Shown in pieces: positions 61,078 to 64,000 of a DNA stretch of 64,000 bases. The position numbers and the translations under genes are program-made. Where the stretch lies: assembly GCA_037141925.1 (NCBI GenBank), contig JBAXBS010000003.1:77542-141541 (forward strand). The letters run 5' to 3'. Each line of letters starts with the position of its first letter. Position 1 is the stretch's first letter. Origin of the DNA: Chitinophagaceae bacterium. GTDB taxonomy: Bacteria; Bacteroidota; Bacteroidia; Chitinophagales; Chitinophagaceae. The notes below the pieces were generated by a model that had not been told where the DNA came from, made no database searches, and worked only from the letters and a program-made list of their open reading frames with translations.

Positions 61078-62580
61078 TTAAGTTGTATAATTTTTATGAA
61101 CCAAATCCGCTACTACTTCACCACTAATCAAACTTGGCGGCACCCCTGGCCCAGGGATCGTTAATTGGCCAGTGTAATATAAGTTTTTTACCTTTTTACT
61201 CCTACAACTTGGTTTAAAAATTGCAGTTTGCATTAAAGTATTGGCTAATCCATAGGCATTCCCCTTAAAAGAATGATAGTCATTTTTAAAATCGGCCACC
61301 GCGAAAGATCTTTTATACACTATGGCATCCCCAATGCTAGTACCCCATTTTTTTTCCAATCTATCTATTAATATCTTAAAATATCTTTCTCTGACTTCTT
61401 CCGTATCCCCTTCTAATCCGGCAGCTATGGGAATTAATAAAAATAAGTTTTCTCCCCCCGCTGGTGCGACTGAAGGATCGGTTACTGAAGGCACACTTGC
61501 ATAAAACAATGGATTAGTAGGCCATTGGGGGTTATCATAAATCTCTTTTCCATGTACTCCAAAATCGGTATCAAAGAATAAGGAGTGATGTGTTACGCCT
61601 GGAATTTTTTTATTCAACCCTACGTAAAATAATAAAGAACTAGGTGCCATCACTCTGCTATCCCAATATTTTTGAGAGTAAGATTGATATTTTGCGGGTA
61701 GTAAATCGGTTTCAATGTGATGGTAGTCGCCTGCTCCAATTAAAACATCGAAGGAATATTCACTTTCAACACCAGTCATTAAAACTTTAGTATGCATTTT
61801 TTTAGCAACTCCATTATGGATATCAATTGACTTTACTTCTTCTCCTAATTTAAAATTGACCCCTAATTCCTTTGCCACTTGTACCATTCCATCTACGATA
61901 CTGTACATTCCAAATTTAGGATACCAGGTGCCCCCTTTGATATCTGCATAATTCATTAAACTATATAATGCAGGTGTATTTTCGGGAAGTGCTCCTAAAA
62001 ATAAAACCGGAAATTCCATTAAAAATTGAATATAGGGATGCTTAAAATAACGAGCTATGTGTTTTTTCATGGATTGAAAAACATCCAACTTAAATACGCC
62101 TTTCAATAAATCCAAATCCATAAATTCAGTGATAGATAAGCTAGGCTGATATACTAATTTACCTACACCTACTTCATATTTATATTTCGCTTCGGCTAAA
62201 AATAAATCCAATGCAGCTCCTGCACCAGGTTCTACCGATTCAAATAAATCTTTTAATTGTTCATAATTCGCTGGTAAATCCCAAGTAGCTGTTTCAAAGT
62301 AAACTCTATAAGAGGGATCTAATCGTTGTAAGGAATAATACTCACTTACTTTTTTACCAAAAGAGGCAAAATATTTTTCAAATACATCTGGCATCCAATA
62401 CCAACTGGGACCCATGTCAAAAACAAAACCATCCACTTCAAATTTTCGCGCTCTCCCCCCTGGTAAAGTATTTTTTTCTACAACAGTAACGTCCCAACCT
62501 TTTTGCGCTAAAAAAGTAGCCGCTGAAATTCCTGCGAATCCAGCTCCAATCACAAAAGCTTTAGGAGCATTGTTTATCAT
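61078..62580 (-). CDS. crtI: Phytoene desaturase
   Basis: IGAGFAG, FDMGPSWYWMPD, GQLTIPGPGVPPSLISG. Confidence 0.96.
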   Translation of the reverse strand: MINNAPKAFVIGAGFAGISAATFLAQKGWDVTVVEKNTLPGGRARKFEVDGFVFDMGPSWYWMPDVFEKYFASFGKKVSEYYSLQRLDPSYRVYFETATWDLPANYEQLKDLFESVEPGAGAALDLFLAEAKYKYEVGVGKLVYQPSLSITEFMDLDLLKGVFKLDVFQSMKKHIARYFKHPYIQFLMEFPVLFLGALPENTPALYSLMNYADIKGGTWYPKFGMYSIVDGMVQVAKELGVNFKLGEEVKSIDIHNGVAKKMHTKVLMTGVESEYSFDVLIGAGDYHHIETDLLPAKYQSYSQKYWDSRVMAPSSLLFYVGLNKKIPGVTHHSLFFDTDFGVHGKEIYDNPQWPTNPLFYASVPSVTDPSVAPAGGENLFLLIPIAAGLEGDTEEVRERYFKILIDRLEKKWGTSIGDAIVYKRSFAVADFKNDYHSFKGNAYGLANTLMQTAIFKPSCRSKKVKNLYYTGQLTIPGPGVPPSLISGEVVADLVHKNYTT

Positions 62581-62583
62581 GAA

Positions 62584-63084
62584 TTAATAACGTTGTATTT
62601 TTTGTTTTAAAATTTTTCTAGCAAAGTGAATTCTACTTTTAATAGTTCCTAAAGGTTCATTCAATGCATCTGAAATCTCATTATACTTATACCCTTCATA
62701 ATACAAAGTAAAGGGAGTTCTAAATAATTCTGGCAATTCATGAATCATTTCATGAACTTCTTTTAAATTGACATTATTGATTCCTTCATTTACTACTTTA
62801 TTAGTAGTTTGATTGATCAAGAAATCATTAGGACTATGATCAAATACTAAAGACTGTTTTGACTTACGACGATAATCATTGATAAAAATATTACGCATAA
62901 TGGTATATAACCATGCCTTAATATTAGTACCTACATTATATTTATCCTTATTGGAAAAGGCACGATATAAAGTGTCCTGATATAAATCCTTTGCTGCTTC
63001 ATAATCCTTGGTAAGATTGATAGCAAAAGGTCTTAAAAACTCAGCATTTTCGGTCAGTAATAGACTAAACTCAGCGTTTGACAT
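62584..63084 (-). CDS. ECF RNA polymerase sigma factor (LitS-like), first gene of the crt operon
   Basis: DLYQDT, KAWLYTIMRNIFIN (region 2); GYKYNEIS..L..PLGTIKSRIHFAR (region 4); stop codon 3 nt from the crtI start. Confidence 0.93.
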   Translation of the reverse strand: MSNAEFSLLLTENAEFLRPFAINLTKDYEAAKDLYQDTLYRAFSNKDKYNVGTNIKAWLYTIMRNIFINDYRRKSKQSLVFDHSPNDFLINQTTNKVVNEGINNVNLKEVHEMIHELPELFRTPFTLYYEGYKYNEISDALNEPLGTIKSRIHFARKILKQKIQRY

Positions 63085-63091
63085 ATAATAA

Positions 63092-63179
63092 TGTTTAACT
63101 TTTAGAGTACAAAGCTAAACAAAATCGTAATACCAAGTCGAATTTTTGTTTAATATTTTTCACATATATTTAAACAAAA
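63092..63179. promoter_or_regulatory. Putative operator pair plus -7 promoter of the sigma-crt operon
   Basis: TGTTTA-N18-TAAACA at 63092-63121 and 63147-63176 (the second extends to a 10-bp perfect IR); TAGCTTTG on the minus strand at 63110-63117. Confidence 0.7.
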
Positions 63180-63291
63180 TATGAATAACTGAGTAAGAAA
63201 ATAGCAATAATTAAGGATCCCGATATGGTAACTAGATTTTAAAATATTGATTATCAATATTTTAAAATAAAAAATAGTCTTAATGGAGGAA

Positions 63292-64000
63292 CTAAATGGA
63301 TTTAAGAAAATCTATAGTCTCGGCTAAACTCTTCTTTAGATGGATATTAGGAGCAACCGCTCCTTTGTATATTTGAATCAATTGACCTGAAAGAATAATT
63401 GGTATGTTGATACTGATATCCTGTAAACCTTCAAAAAACTTGTTGACCTTGAAATTTTTCGCTGGAGACGTTAAATGACAATATAAATAATCTACCTTTT
63501 TTACTTCGGTTAGATACTTCAAATCCACTGTAGGAACATTGGTACCTAGATAATCTACAAAAATGCCTCGTTGTTTTAATAAAAAGTGGACATATAATAA
63601 TCCAATTTCATGATGTTCTCCTTCGGGCATAAACAAGACCACTCTTTTGGTATATTGTAATAAGGATGGTAATTTTTCAATCCCCACAATAATTTTTTGT
63701 CGTAAAATATTGGTTGCTAAATGCTCTTGCGCAGGATTGATATGATTGGTTACCCAAAGAATACCCACTCTTTCCAAGAAATTAAAAATAACCTCTGTAA
63801 TAGTTCTATCTATTCCTTTTTGAGCAATATTTAAATCTAATAATTTTTCAAAATTTGCCATATTTAAGGAAATCATTTCCTTAATAAGTCCATTCACAAT
63901 ACGCTCTCTTTGAGCTTCCATTTGATTCAAACTGAGGATTTTTTCTTCAATTTGATCTGTGGACATTTTATCAATATGGGAAATTTTAAACCCATATTTA
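63292..64000 (-). CDS. MerR-family cobalamin-binding regulator, CarH/LitR-like (5' part beyond the window)
   Basis: The frame stays open upstream of the track's Met (...KYGFKISHIDKMS); W-x9-EH motif (WVTNHINPAQEH) and ExHxxG motif (GEHHEIG..YLG) of the B12-binding domain. Confidence 0.88.
   Translation of the reverse strand, partial: KYGFKISHIDKMSTDQIEEKILSLNQMEAQRERIVNGLIKEMISLNMANFEKLLDLNIAQKGIDRTITEVIFNFLERVGILWVTNHINPAQEHLATNILRQKIIVGIEKLPSLLQYTKRVVLFMPEGEHHEIGLLYVHFLLKQRGIFVDYLGTNVPTVDLKYLTEVKKVDYLYCHLTSPAKNFKVNKFFEGLQDISINIPIILSGQLIQIYKGAVAPNIHLKKSLAETIDFLKSI

Noticed and set aside
58005-62580. Rhodopsin/retinal module
   Set aside because: No rhodopsin or blh gene is present in the window; the cluster is explained by carotenoid pigment synthesis.

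Overview
This window is a compact, AT-rich stretch of core chromosome from a Bacteroidota organism. Evidence: recurrent TAnnTTTG (-7) promoters, no Shine-Dalgarno motifs, and gldKLMN. The protein style suggests Chitinophagaceae (Sediminibacterium-like), which is an inference. Contents: atpB-E-F-H-A (no atpG), rel, purA, tatA-gatA-lytic transglycosylase, rplS, pheT-zapB-zapA-(probable 6S RNA)-rny, dnaB-rsmE, dnaX, gpmI-engB, uvrC, the T9SS/gliding motor gldKLMN, hemD/hemW, gpsA, a TolC/MFP pair, a cobalamin riboswitch with btuB, two further TonB-dependent receptors, tRNA-Arg(CCG), and a zeaxanthin-type carotenoid operon (ECF sigma-crtI-crtB-idi-crtZ-crtY) preceded by a CarH/LitR-type B12-binding MerR regulator cut by the window edge. 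I saw no prophage, IS, CRISPR array or defence island. Four signals stand out. (1) A probable B12-dependent light-sensing carotenoid circuit with a readable operator: two TGTTTA-N18-TAAACA palindromes 55 bp apart, one covering the promoter. (2) An A10 run in dnaX followed by immediate stops in both alternative frames, a candidate site for producing the gamma subunit. (3) A cassette of four stacked hairpins downstream of tRNA-Arg. (4) An unannotated 6S-like RNA. Most of these extend known biology, and I cannot claim a wholly new system from the sequence alone.
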